Assembly: GCA_964016885.1 (NCBI GenBank)
Contig: OZ024740.1
Coordinates: 430,156,001 to 430,220,000 of the forward strand
From: Eledone cirrhosa
Lineage: Eukaryota
DNA: 64,000 bases
Direction: 5' to 3'
Shown here: positions 30,001 through 40,764 of the stretch, piece after piece
Numbering within the stretch: position 1 is the first letter of the stretch
Layout: each line of letters begins with the position of its first letter
The notes under the pieces: model-generated
Database searches by the model: none
What the model was told of the DNA's origin: nothing
The model's input: only the letters and a program-made list of their open reading frames with translations
Translations under genes and position numbers: made by a program

Positions 30001-31681
30001 AGTTTCTGACAGTAATGTCTACCACCAAAGTTACCTTGGTGTACGTGGTGCCAGATGTTCAATAACATATGGAGGAGGTGAGACAGGAGTTTCTGACAGT
30101 AATGTCTACCACCAAAGTTACCTTGGTGTAGGTGGTGCCAGATGTTCAATAACATATGGAGGAGGTGAGACAGGAGTTTCTGACAGTAATGTCTACCACC
30201 AAAGTTACCTTGGTGTAGGTGGTGCCAGATACATAATAACATATGGAGGAGGTGAGACAGGAGTTTCTGACAGTAATGTCTACCACCAAAGTTACCTTGG
30301 TGTAGGTGGTGCCAGATACACAATAACATGTGGAGGAGGTGAGACACGAGTTTCTGACAGTAATGTCTACCACCAAAGTTACCTTGGTGTAGGTGGTGCC
30401 AGATACACAATAACATGTGGAGGAGGTGAGACAGGAGTTTCTGACAGTAATGTCTACCACCAAAGTTACATTGATGTAGGTGGTGCCAGATGTACAATAA
30501 CATATTGAGGAGGTGAGACAGGAGTTTCTGACAGTAATGTCTACCACCAAAGTTACCTTGGTGTAGGTGGTGCCAGATACACAATAACATGTGGAGGAGG
30601 TGAGACAGGAGTTTCTGACAGTAATGTCTACCACCAAAGTTACCTTGGTGTAGGTGGTGCCAGATACACAATAACATGTGGAGGAGGTGAGACAGGAGTT
30701 TCTGACAGTAATGTCTTCCACCAAAGTTACCTTGGTGTAGGTGGTGCCAGATACATAATAACATGTGGAGGAGGTGAGACAGGAGTTTCTGACAGTAATG
30801 TCTACCACCAAAGTTACCTTGGTGTAGGTGGTGCCAGATACATAATAACATGTGGAGGAGGTGAGACAGGAGTTTCTGACAGTAATGTCTACCACCAAAG
30901 TTACCTTGGTGTAGGTGGTGCCAGATACATAATAACATGTGGAGGAGGTGAGACAGGAGTTTCTGACAGTAATGTCTACCACCAAAGTTACCTTGGTGTA
31001 GGTGGTGCCAGATGTACAACATGTGGAGGAGGTGAGACAGGAGTTTCTGACAGTAATGTCTACCACCAAAGTTACCTTGGTGTAGGTGGTGCCAGATGTA
31101 CAACATGTGGAGGAGGTGAGACAGGAGTTTCTGACAGTAATGTCTACCACCAAAGTTACCTTGGTGTAGGTGGTGCCAGATGTACAACATGTGGAGGAGG
31201 TGAGACAGGAGTTTCTGACAGTAATGTCTACCACCAAAGTTACCTTGGTGTAGGTGGTGCCAGATGTACAACATGTGGAGGAGGTGAGACAGGAGTTTCT
31301 GACAGTAATGTCTACCACCAAAGTTACCTTGGTGTAGGTGGTGCCAGATACACAATAACATGTGGAGGAGGTGAGACAGGAGTTTCTGACAGTAATGTCT
31401 ACCACCAAAGTTACCTTGGTGTAGGTGGTGCCAGATACACAATAACATGTGGAGGAGGTGAGACAGGAGTTTCTGACAGTAATGTCTACCACCAAAGTTA
31501 CCTTGGTGTAGGTGGTGCCAGATGTACAATAACATGTGGAGGAGGTGAGACAGGAGTTTCTGACAGTAATGTCTACCACCAAAGTTACCTTGGTGTAGGT
31601 GGTGCCAGATGTACAACAACATGTGGAGGAGGTGAGACAGGAGTTTCTGACAGTAATGTCTACCAAAGTTACCTTGGTGTA
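1..31681. repeat. 87-bp tandem minisatellite, about 365 units, open at the left window edge
   Basis: Consensus GCCAGAT(GTAC/ACAC/ACAT)AATAACATGTGGAGGAGGTGAGACAGGAGTTTCTGACAGTAATGTCTACCACCAAAGTTACCTTGGTGTAGGTGGT repeats without interruption. Occasional 84-bp units occur. The array ends abruptly at ...CCTTGGTGTA|AAAATAATA. Confidence 0.99.
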
Positions 31682-31769
31682 AAAATAATAAAGTAACATC
31701 ATTTTCAAATGACCCCTTAAATATTCAAATTGTTCCCCTGTGGGTGTGCGCCCATGTTGGGAATCACTG
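31682..31769. mobile_element. Right end of a hAT/Charlie-like MITE abutting the 87-bp array
   Basis: Ends in CCCATGTTGGGAATCACTG (reverse complement CAGTGATTCCCAAC, a Charlie-type TIR). It is followed by CTGTAGAG, one mismatch from the NTCTAGAN Charlie target consensus. The left TIR is not in the window. Confidence 0.5.
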
Positions 31770-31799
31770 CTGTAGAGTAAGCGATCTACTAAACACATT

Positions 31800-32095
31800 G
31801 CATGGTCCTGGAACTCATGAGGTAAGGGCGCCGTATTGACATACGGCATTTCTAGGTCATCTTAAAACCTGGTGGAACCCATCTCTTCTCCAGAACTGAA
31901 TACAGCAGAATTCTTCTATAGAAAGATAAAAAGTGAGAGAATGGAAGTGAGAAAAAGATGTAGAGGAAGGATTCACCCCAGTATTAGACTGGTACTTTTT
32001 ATCAACCTGGAATGGATGAATGGTAAAGTTGATCTTCGCAGGATTTGAACTCGGGGTGTATAAAGCTGGAGATAATACTTCAAAGCATTATATTT
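31800..32095 (-). mobile_element. tRNA-derived SINE, long-tailed variant
   Basis: B-box (GAGTTCAAATCC) on the minus strand and an AAAAGTACCAGT core. Its tail GGAGAAGAGATGGGTTCCACC...GTATGTCAATA...GAGTTCCAGGAC is shared with the copy at 41940-42045. Confidence 0.7.
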
Positions 32096-32099
32096 GACG

Positions 32100-32285
32100 T
32101 GGATTGGCAGAATCGGTAGAGAGTCGGCCGTCATGCTTTGATGCATACAGTTACGGCCCTTTCCATTCTGAGTTCAAATCCTGCCAAGGTTAACTTTGCC
32201 TTTCATCCTTACGGGGTCGATAAAATAAAGTACCAGTAATGCACTGGGATAATTGCTGGCCTTGTGCCAAAAGTAGAAACAATTA
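32100..32285 (+). mobile_element. tRNA-derived SINE
   Basis: TGGCAGAATCGG A-box, GAGTTCAAATCC B-box and core AACTTTGCCTTTCATCCTTACGGGGTCGATAAAATAAAGTACCAGT, which recurs many times in the window. Confidence 0.85.
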
Positions 32286-32529
32286 TATTATAGTATTTAG
32301 TTTGACCTTATCCTAATGGATCTGATTTCACCTTTCCTCCTCTTTCTACAATTATTAAAACGAGTACCAGTAATATACTGGGATCTAAACCTATCTACCT
32401 CAGCACTGAGGGGGAACATTTTATCATAAAATGTGTCTGATAAGAAATAAATGTTATTAATGGGTGTGGTTGTACTACCACAGTAACAAATGTTTAGAAA
32501 ACCAACACAACTCTCACAAGGTATGGACT

Positions 32530-33071
32530 TACTACTACTACCACTACTACCTGCACTACTACTACTGCTGCTACTACTACTACCACTACTACCTCTATTA
32601 CTACTACTACTACTACTACCTCCACTACTACTACTACTACCACTACTACCACCACCACTACTACTACTACCACTACTACCTGCACTACTACTACTACTAC
32701 TACTGCTGCTACTACTACTACCACTACTACATCTATTACTACTACTACTACTACTACTACTACCTCCACTACTACTACCATTACTACCACCACCACTACT
32801 ACTACTACCACTACTACCTGCACTACTACTACTACTACTGCTGCTACTACTAATACCACTACTACATCTATTACTACTACTACTACTACTATTACCTCCA
32901 CTACTACTACTACTACCACTACTACCACCACCACTACTACTACTACCACTACTACCTGCACTACTACTACTACTACTACTGCTGCTACTACTACTATTAC
33001 TACCTACCAATACTACCTCTATTACTACTACTATCTCCACTACTACTACTACTACCACTACTGCCACCACC

Positions 33072-33121
<50 letters not shown>

Positions 33122-33187
33122 CTTCTCCACTACTACTATTACTACTACTACCTGCACTACTACTACTACTGCTGCTACTACTACTAT

Positions 33188-33220
<33 letters not shown>
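32530..33220. repeat. (CTA/CCA)n compound trinucleotide microsatellite
   Basis: Direct reading. It explains the poly-S/V/L/Y/T ORFs. Confidence 0.97.
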
Positions 33221-33539
33221 AGGATTTCTTTAAATGTCGACAGTTTCTTGAAGAAACCAACAACAACAACAACACAAATTCAAAATGGAGTCCAACAGTT
33301 TTTTAGAAGCGAGAAACATTTATTTTGATAACCTCTCCAATAGAGGAGATAGAATAATGAAAACAAATGCTAAAGCCTACGCCCTACAATAACCTATAGT
33401 GATTGGTTGTTTATACAAAGTTATAGAGCATGGTCGCAATTCAAACAATCTTTAGTGTACCTTTCAAAGGAAAATATATCTCGACACACTGTTTTGCTTT
33501 TGTTTCTCATTAAATGAAGATAGGATATAATGTATGATC

Positions 33540-34630
33540 TTTATTGTGTTGTATCAGTTGAAAGAATGGTATTTAACTAATGTATTGGTACGCGATGGGG
33601 CCCACCCACAGCCCCGGCGGACAGAATGGAGAAGGCGTTTCCCCGGTGGACGGCAAGGGAGACGCGCTGGAAAAGCTACTCCAGCTCGCGGGGCTCACAC
33701 CTGCGACTGGCCAGCTCAGCGCCTATGGTGGTGAGTAAGGAGGTAGCCCTGGGGCCGAGGACACCAGAAGTCTCCACTGCCAGGGGAACGACCGCAAACC
33801 TGTCGGAGTGCGACCGGTATTTGAGGAGTTTGGCCCCCTCAGCCCGACGAGCAGCAGAACCTGGGTCAGTCGCAGACTGCACCAGGTTGCGGCTGCAGAA
33901 AGTGTCGGTGCAAGTGGCATTCCAGACGAGGGGTTTGCCACCGCGGAACGCGAAGATGCTCATGCCATCTGGCCTTCTGCCGTCCCCTCGATCCATCCCC
34001 ACCGGCTCGAGCTGGGAAGGGAAGCCTGCAACGTCCAAGCCATGCTTAATGACCTCGTTGAGGGCAGCATGGCTTGGAATGCGGCCGGCACTGTGGTGAC
34101 AGGAAAGCCGAAAGCCGTTGGAGGTCGAAAGAGTCCACGGTGGAACCGCAGCGACATTGGTGTGGCTGGCAGATCCGGAGGCCGAGGCTCAGGGAAACGC
34201 CGATGCGCAGGCTATGGTTGTCTAGCTGCGTGCCAGTGGAGAAGGAGGGCGGGGCATGGAGCCAGGCACCACTGTGGGGTTTGGAGGCCGCACGAAAACA
34301 AGCAAGGGGGTGCTGGTCGAGCTGGCGCGAGAGCCTGTCTGAGGCCAGGCTGCACTGGATGGCATCCCAAGTGCGTTGGGGCCACTTGACGTCAACAGGG
34401 GGAGAAGGAGGAGGGATGTCTACTGGGCTAAGTCCCAGCCGGTCCCACGTCTCACAGGCGGCCTCACGTTCTCTGAACACAGAGGGTTCTGTTGTGTTTT
34501 GAAGAACCCTGCTGACGAGGACGCGGCACGAGGTTGCCGACGAAATATACGCCGGCAAAGCTAGTGAGATCGGGGACCGGAGGCCTAGGCCGCCATACCT
34601 GAGCGGTAAAGTGGCCTGTTGCCACCATAT
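33540..34630 (-). mobile_element. 5'-truncated, frameshifted non-LTR retrotransposon with restriction-like endonuclease (CRE-like)
   Basis: Minus-strand peptides QATLPLRYGGLGLRS, SGAWLHAPPS, CRCG zinc-knuckle start, then after a frameshift DGRRPDGM...VWNATCTDT...AKLLKY...VPLAVETSG. GC-rich. AATAAA on the minus strand near 33540. Confidence 0.8.
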
Positions 34631-34860
34631 GTCAAAGGTAGCTTTATTGCAGGCTCGAAAGTTCAAAGAACTGATTTGTTGCTTGTTTTCCATGGTGTAA
34701 TATAGCAATGGTGTATAAATAACGGACCTATAGTTAAACTAAAGTGTTGTATGGTTTAATATAGAACTGTTGTTGTCTAAATAACGGACCTCTAGTTAAA
34801 CTAAAGTGTTGTAGAGTTTAATATAGAACTATGTAAACAACGGACCTCTAGTTAAACTAA

Positions 34861-35675
34861 ATAATTGTTTCTACTTTAGGCACAAGGCCAGCAATTACCC
34901 AGTGCATTACTGGTACTTTATTTTATCGACCCCGTAAGGGTGAAAGGCAAAGTCAACCTCGGCGGGATTTGAACTCAGATCGTAAAGGGACGTAACTATG
35001 CTGGAAAGCATGGCGTCCGACCCTCTACCGATACTGCCAATCCACCAAATAATGATTTCTGATTTAGACACAAGGCCAATAATTTTGGTGGGGGAGAAAG
35101 TTATTAAATTGACCCCAGTGTATTACTAGTACTTTATTTTATCGATCTTGTAAGGATGAAAGGCAAAGCTACTTTCGGTGGGATTTGAACTCAGAACGTA
35201 AATGGACGTAACTATATGCCGCAAAGCATGTTATCCGACGCTCTGCTAATACTACAAATCCACTGTTCTTAATTGTTTGTGATTTAGGCACAAAATCAAC
35301 CTGCTTTGCGACATATTGTTACGTCCCTTTTACCTTCTGAGTTCAAATCCCGCCGAGGTTAGTTTTAGCTTTCATCCTTACCGGGTCAATAAAATAAAGT
35401 ACCAGTAAGACACTGGGAGTCGATTTAATCGACTTTCTCTTCCCCCAAAATTGTTTGCCTTGTGCCTAAACCAATAACCAATATTAGATAAATGGCATCA
35501 ATACCGTAAATAATTGTTTCTACTTTTGGCACAAGGCCAGCAAATATCCAGTGTATTACTGGTACTTTATTTTATAGACCCCGTAAGGATGAAAGGCAAA
35601 GTTAACCTCGGCGGGATTTGAACTCAGACCATAAAGGGACGTAACTCTATGCTGCAAAGCATGCCGTCTGGCCCT
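34861..35675. mobile_element. Cluster of four tRNA-derived SINE copies (about 34861-35047 -, 35050-35265 -, 35315-35480 +, 35511-35675 -)
   Basis: Each carries the same core and B-box as 32100-32285. Confidence 0.8.
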
Positions 35676-35944
35676 CAAAGAATAACAGTTTATTAGGCAC
35701 TATGGGTTTAAATATAAAGTTACTTTTCTACCTTCGTTTAAACAACTTCACCCCTCTTTAATCACTCATCTTCTATTTGTTAACCCCACCTCCGCCTATC
35801 AGCATTTATATTTTCGCTTTAATAATTCCTTTTTTTTTTTTTTCACTCTTGAAAAATGCTGAGACCTGACAAGCAGCCTGGACACAGAGTCTGTCCTCAC
35901 AATAACATTTTCATCTTCCTTTCTCGCAAAGATATTTCTTACTC

Positions 35945-36238
35945 AAGGAAAAAAGATTGTGCCTGATTGTAGATGTAGCCTGCCCCTTTGACACGAGAGT
36001 GCAAGAAAAGGAGAGGGAGGAAATTAACCGATACCAGGATTTAAAGTGGGAATTAAAAGAGATTTGGGACTGTCATGAGATCAAGGTGGTCCCGATTTTC
36101 ATAGGAGCACTAGGTACTATCTCAAAGAGTTTCAATGATGATTAAAGAACATTAGTCCAACCCCCTTTTTTTGGAACACTTCATGAGGCATGCTTGCTGG
36201 GAACAGCAAGAACCCTCCGATACGTCCTGAATATCTGA
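35945..36238 (+). mobile_element. 3' fragment of an R4/Dong-like non-LTR retrotransposon (RLE domain), degraded
   Basis: CLIVDVACPFD...RYQDLKWEL...VVPIFIGALG followed after a stop/frameshift by ACLLGTARTLRYVL, a typical RLE C-terminus. Confidence 0.75.
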
Positions 36239-36301
36239 GGCTGCAGATCTCTAGTAAACGGATCAGTCAACTTAAATGTAAACAGGTTCATTACTCTGAA
36301 C

Positions 36302-36446
36302 CAGATTTGGGCAACCATTTTCGAGCAATGGGCCGCATAGGATGTGGCACATTATAAGGAGGGCCGCACTACTAAAAAATAAAGACAATTTTGAAATTAG
36401 GCATGTCATTCAGAAAATCTAACGGGTCACAGTTTGTCCATGGCTG
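36302..36446. mobile_element. Old hAT-like MITE, about 145 bp
   Basis: Degenerate TIRs CAGATTTGGGCAAC / GTTTGTCCATGGCTG, internal GGGCCGC motifs, and 8-bp flanks CTCTGAAC / CTTTAAAC (6/8 match). Confidence 0.5.
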
Positions 36447-36629
36447 CTTTAAACAAAGAAGGTAGAATAGAATTTATGTGTTTCCTGGCCTTGCAAACCT
36501 GAGCTAAACTCTTTTAATAGAGTTTAGTCCAACAAATGAATGAGATCTTCTCCAGCTGGTAAAGTATATTTCAGCTGCTTTACGAAACCGAGATACATTG
36601 ATACTGCAGTAAATTGATACTTTATAAAA

Positions 36630-37277
36630 TAGTAATGGTAGTGGTAGTGGTGGTGGTGGTAGTGGTAGTAGTGGTGGTGGTGTTGGTGGTGATGGTGATG
36701 ATGGTGGTGGTATTGGTGGTGGTAGTGGTGATGGTGGTGATGGTGATGGTGATGGTGGTGGTGGTGGTGGTGGTGGTTGTGATGATGGTGGTGGTGTTGG
36801 TGGTGTTGGTGGTGGTGATGATGGTGGTGGTGTTGGTGGTGGTAGTGGTGATGGTGGTGATGGTGATGGTGGTGGTGGTGATGACGGTGGTGGTGTTGTT
36901 GTGATGATGGTGGTGGTGTTGGTGGTGGTAGTGGTGATGGTGGTGATGGTGGTGATGGTGATGGTGGTGGTGGTGGTGGTGGTGGTGGTGGTGATGATGG
37001 TGGTGGTGTCGGTGGTGGTAGCGGTGATGGTGGTGATGGTGATGGTGGTGGTAGCGGTGATGGTGGTGATGGTGATGGTGGTGGTGGTGGTGGTAGTGGT
37101 GGTGGTGGTGTTGGTGGTGGTAGTGGTGAGGGTGGTGGTGGTGAGGGCGTGTGGTAGTGGTGGTGGTGGTGGTGGTGGTAGTGGTGGTGGTGGTGGTGGT
37201 GGTGGTAGTGGTGGTGGTGGTGGTGGTGGAGGTGATGGTGGCGATGTTGGTGGGGGTGGTGATGATGGTGGTGGTGG

Positions 37278-37308
<31 letters not shown>

Positions 37309-37378
37309 AGTGGTGGTGGTGGTGATGGTGGCGATGTTGGTGGTGGTGGTGATGATGGTGGTGGTGGTGGTGTTGTTG

Positions 37379-37410
<32 letters not shown>

Positions 37411-37445
37411 AGTGGTGGTGGTAGTGGTGGTAGTGGTGGTGACGA
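36630..37445. repeat. (GGT/GAT/GTT)n compound microsatellite
   Basis: Direct reading. It explains the poly-H/P/V/G ORFs. Confidence 0.97.
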
Positions 37446-37699
37446 TGGGGAAGATGGGGTGGATTAATGGAGGCAGCTGAGGCTTGGAGGTACGTATGAA
37501 GGAGTGGGGAGGCAGGTCTTATGAAAATAAGTCTCAGTTTACTCTTTGATAAACTAGGCCAGCCTCCGTTGATGTTTAGTATAACAAAATTGATAAGGGG
37601 CAGATACCGCAAAACGGTAGTTATATAAACCGCACTTTGATAAGATAGAAGTATATGTGTGTGTGTGCGTAGGTGTGTATACATACATATATATATACA

Positions 37700-37793
<94 letters not shown>

Positions 37794-38055
37794 CACATAT
37801 ATATATATAGATATAGATATAGATATATAGATATATAGATATATATATGTGTGTGTTTGTGTGTATATATATATATATATATATGTGTGTGTATATATAT
37901 ATATATATAAGAAGTTGACGGACCCAGCATATGTATCAATGATAGGACCGGGTGCATCTGAGCGTACTCAATAGGTAATGTAAAATACACTCCCAGAATA
38001 TATACACAGTTATTCGCTTCAATACAACACACGTAAGCGGGTAACTACAGTAGTT

Positions 38056-38166
38056 TCTGAACTCGAGTTTCTGCCACACTTTATGCAGCAGTAGGGTGCA
38101 CTTCACCCGCTATCCACATATATTATGTAATAATGCACAATCGGCGCATGTGGCTTCATCAGCGGG
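38056..38166 (-). ncRNA. Candidate minimal hammerhead ribozyme with long stem II insert and weak stem I
   Basis: Minus strand reads CCCG-CTGATGA-A-GCCACAT...(about 68 nt)...GTGTGGC-A-GAAA-CTCGAG-TT-CAGA. The core boxes are intact and loop III is palindromic, but stem I has only 2 of 4 pairs. Confidence 0.45.
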
Positions 38167-38703
38167 TTTCGCCTAATCAATAACCAATCGATCGACAGAA
38201 TTCAGCTCCAGTCCATACCGGCTATGACTGCATGTGACGGCCAACACAGTAAAGTGATTAGCAACTGGGATCTGATACAATGGTGTCCCCCGATCGGCCA
38301 CCGATTTATAAATTTACGTGATAGCAGGAGATTAGAAATCAAATATTTCCGCTCACGTCATAAGCCCTCAGCCAACGTGTCTCAAACACAAATTAATAAG
38401 ATAGTGAAAAATTGGTTATTAGAAAAATCAGTCTCACATCGCTGTATAATAGAATGGTATCATTCGGCTCTAGTCTTCAAGTCCCATGGCGAGAAAATCG
38501 CGATAGTAACAGTGGTAGTACCTTTATCCGGACATTAAACACCAACATCCATTACGCAGCGATATAGAGTAGCGCGTTGGTTAGCGACCAGCCACGTACG
38601 TAAACCAGTCTATTTCACAACTTATACGATTCAATAAGTGAGTGAGAAATTAGAGCGTATATCAAAACAAGACAAAATATGAAAAATTGTTTATATATAT
38701 ATA

Positions 38704-38742
<39 letters not shown>

Positions 38743-38971
38743 TGGTAGCTAAGATGCTTCCATAGGCGGTATGCCGGTTGAGCACTCTATGCTCTTACAG
38801 AGCAGAGTATGATGTGAGAGAATATGCTCCGAAATCATTAGACGTTTCCATCGAACCTGCGGGTCCAGAATCAGACAGATCCACACAATGATCGCGTCTC
38901 GAGCTGTCCGCCGGCGAAACAATTGTAACACACAATAAATTGAGTTCAAATGCATCACTGATTTTTCGTTT

Positions 38972-39077
<106 letters not shown>

Positions 39078-39286
39078 TTGTTTTGCGAGGTTTTTGATAT
39101 GAAATCGTGTGTCGAAACAAATATTGTTATACTTGGGGAGGGTCATATTGTTGTAATAATATTGCCAGAAATAAATTAACTGTGGAGATATAAAAGACAC
39201 AGAAGCGAAAACCAACCAAACAGTGAGTGTGTTCTGTTATTATTTCTGGCAATATTATTACAAGTATAACAATATATATATATATA

Positions 39287-39495
39287 ACGAAGGAAGTGTG
39301 GTAAGGAACCAGGTGGACCACAACGCACCAGAGTACTCGATACTTTGGGTAGTAGAGTGGGTAATAGGAAACGGGTCAGGACCCCGACGGCAGAGCTCAG
39401 CCGTTTCGACGGCTATTTCTGGACTAAAATTTTAGTCCAGAAATAGCCGTCTAAACGGCTTGAGCTCTGCCGTCGGGGTCTTGAACCTTTTCCTA
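39287..39495. mobile_element. Short (TA)n-flanked element ending in a loopless 131-bp palindrome (39365-39495)
   Basis: Centre CTGGACTAAAA|TTTTAGTCCAG. Same family as 57046-57273. Confidence 0.8.
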
Positions 39496-39496
39496 A

Positions 39497-39562
<66 letters not shown>

Positions 39563-39907
39563 TGCTTTATTCTTTGGGTTAAAAGACAAATAATTATGTA
39601 ATGTAGAATCTACATTACATGTGTTTAATAAATCTACAAACGAATAGTTCAACTCGTAAACCTCCCCAATACAACTTTTAAGGGTATTGTTTGTAAAGGA
39701 GAATTATATTTGAATTAACAAAAGTTATGATATTTAGTTCAGTAAGTCAGAGTTCTGCGTAGTTTTAGGAAATCAGTAAAGTTTAGAAGTGAATATGTAA
39801 ACGAACGGTACTTATTCTTTTGGCCAAAGACTTCTGACATGTTGAACTAAACACTATAATTTAAGTAGTGGGATTGATTATTCCTCCATGTCTCTTTCTC
39901 ACTTCGA

Positions 39908-39999
<92 letters not shown>

Positions 40000-40160
40000 A
40001 TAATAAGATCCCGTTAAGGGTGAAAGCACCGATTCTTTGCTTAAACTTTAATCTGCTATTTTAATAAATATATATATATATATATATATAGTTAGGGAAG
40101 CAGAAAATTGCTTATTGTTCGTGGTTAAGAAAGCCAGTTTCATGGACGGTTTCAACGTAC

Positions 40161-40188
40161 GGTTAGGGGTTAGGGTTAGGGTTAGGGG
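40161..40188 (+). repeat. Short interstitial telomeric repeat, about 4 x TTAGGG
   Basis: GGTTAGGGGTTAGGGTTAGGGTTAGGGG. Confidence 0.85.
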
Positions 40189-40573
40189 TAACTCCACAAG
40201 TTTGTAAGAATTCCGTTCAATCTTGGAGTATAAAGTATAAAAGAGAAAACACAGGTAAGCATTAAGAGAAGGATTTTATCCAGGTATTTACGACCGTTTC
40301 ATTGGTAAGTGCAAGCTTATATTGCTATACTGCAAATAGCAGCCACTCAATTATAATTGTTGTTCACGTCCAAATTTTCAAAATAGTGAGTAAGTTACTC
40401 TTGAAATAGTTCTTAATATACAGAGAAAAACATTTTTGGGGGAATTGTATTTACTAGTATAAAGAGAGAGGAAGAGGAATTAGAAGGTGAGGGGACAGAC
40501 GGAATAGTATAGAGAGAGAGAGGAAGGGGGAGAAGAGTTATCCATTAATCCATTAATCTTTATTTACGTTATA

Positions 40574-40764
40574 GGGCGGTGGATTGGCCGTATCGGTAGA
40601 GGGTCGGACACCATGCTTTGCAACAAAGAGTTACGTCCCTTTATGGTCTGAGTTCAAATCCCGCCGAGGTTAACTTTGCCTTTCATCCTTACGGGGTTGA
40701 TAAAATAAAGTACCAGTAATACACTGGGTAATTGCTGGCCTTGTGTCAAAAGTAGAAACAATTA
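40574..40764 (+). mobile_element. tRNA-derived SINE
   Basis: Full head and core as at 32100. Confidence 0.85.

Noticed and set aside
1340-31622. Giant ORFs (up to 2441 aa) as protein-coding genes
   Set aside because: They follow automatically from an 87-bp stop-free unit. They overlap in three frames, each frame has scattered stops, and there are no unique termini or recognised domains.
1-31681. CRISPR array or thrombospondin (CxxTCGGG) repeat protein
   Set aside because: There are no unique spacers or cas genes and the context is eukaryotic. The TSP1 tryptophan and arginine motifs are absent and the cysteines are the most variable residues.
30146-31849. ORF with a unique N-terminus entering the array
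   Set aside because: Its ATG and first 55 codons lie in a SINE tail and a MITE end, and it stops at a TGA variant repeated in five consecutive units.
32297-38032. Poly-Ser, poly-His, poly-Pro and poly-Val ORFs
   Set aside because: These are translations of trinucleotide and dinucleotide microsatellites.
38914-38940. GAAA-CAATTG-TA half hammerhead; similar partial motifs at about 40285-40300 (-) and 45812-45860 (+)
   Set aside because: Each lacks a convincing partner box or stem I. They may be fossils but cannot be supported.
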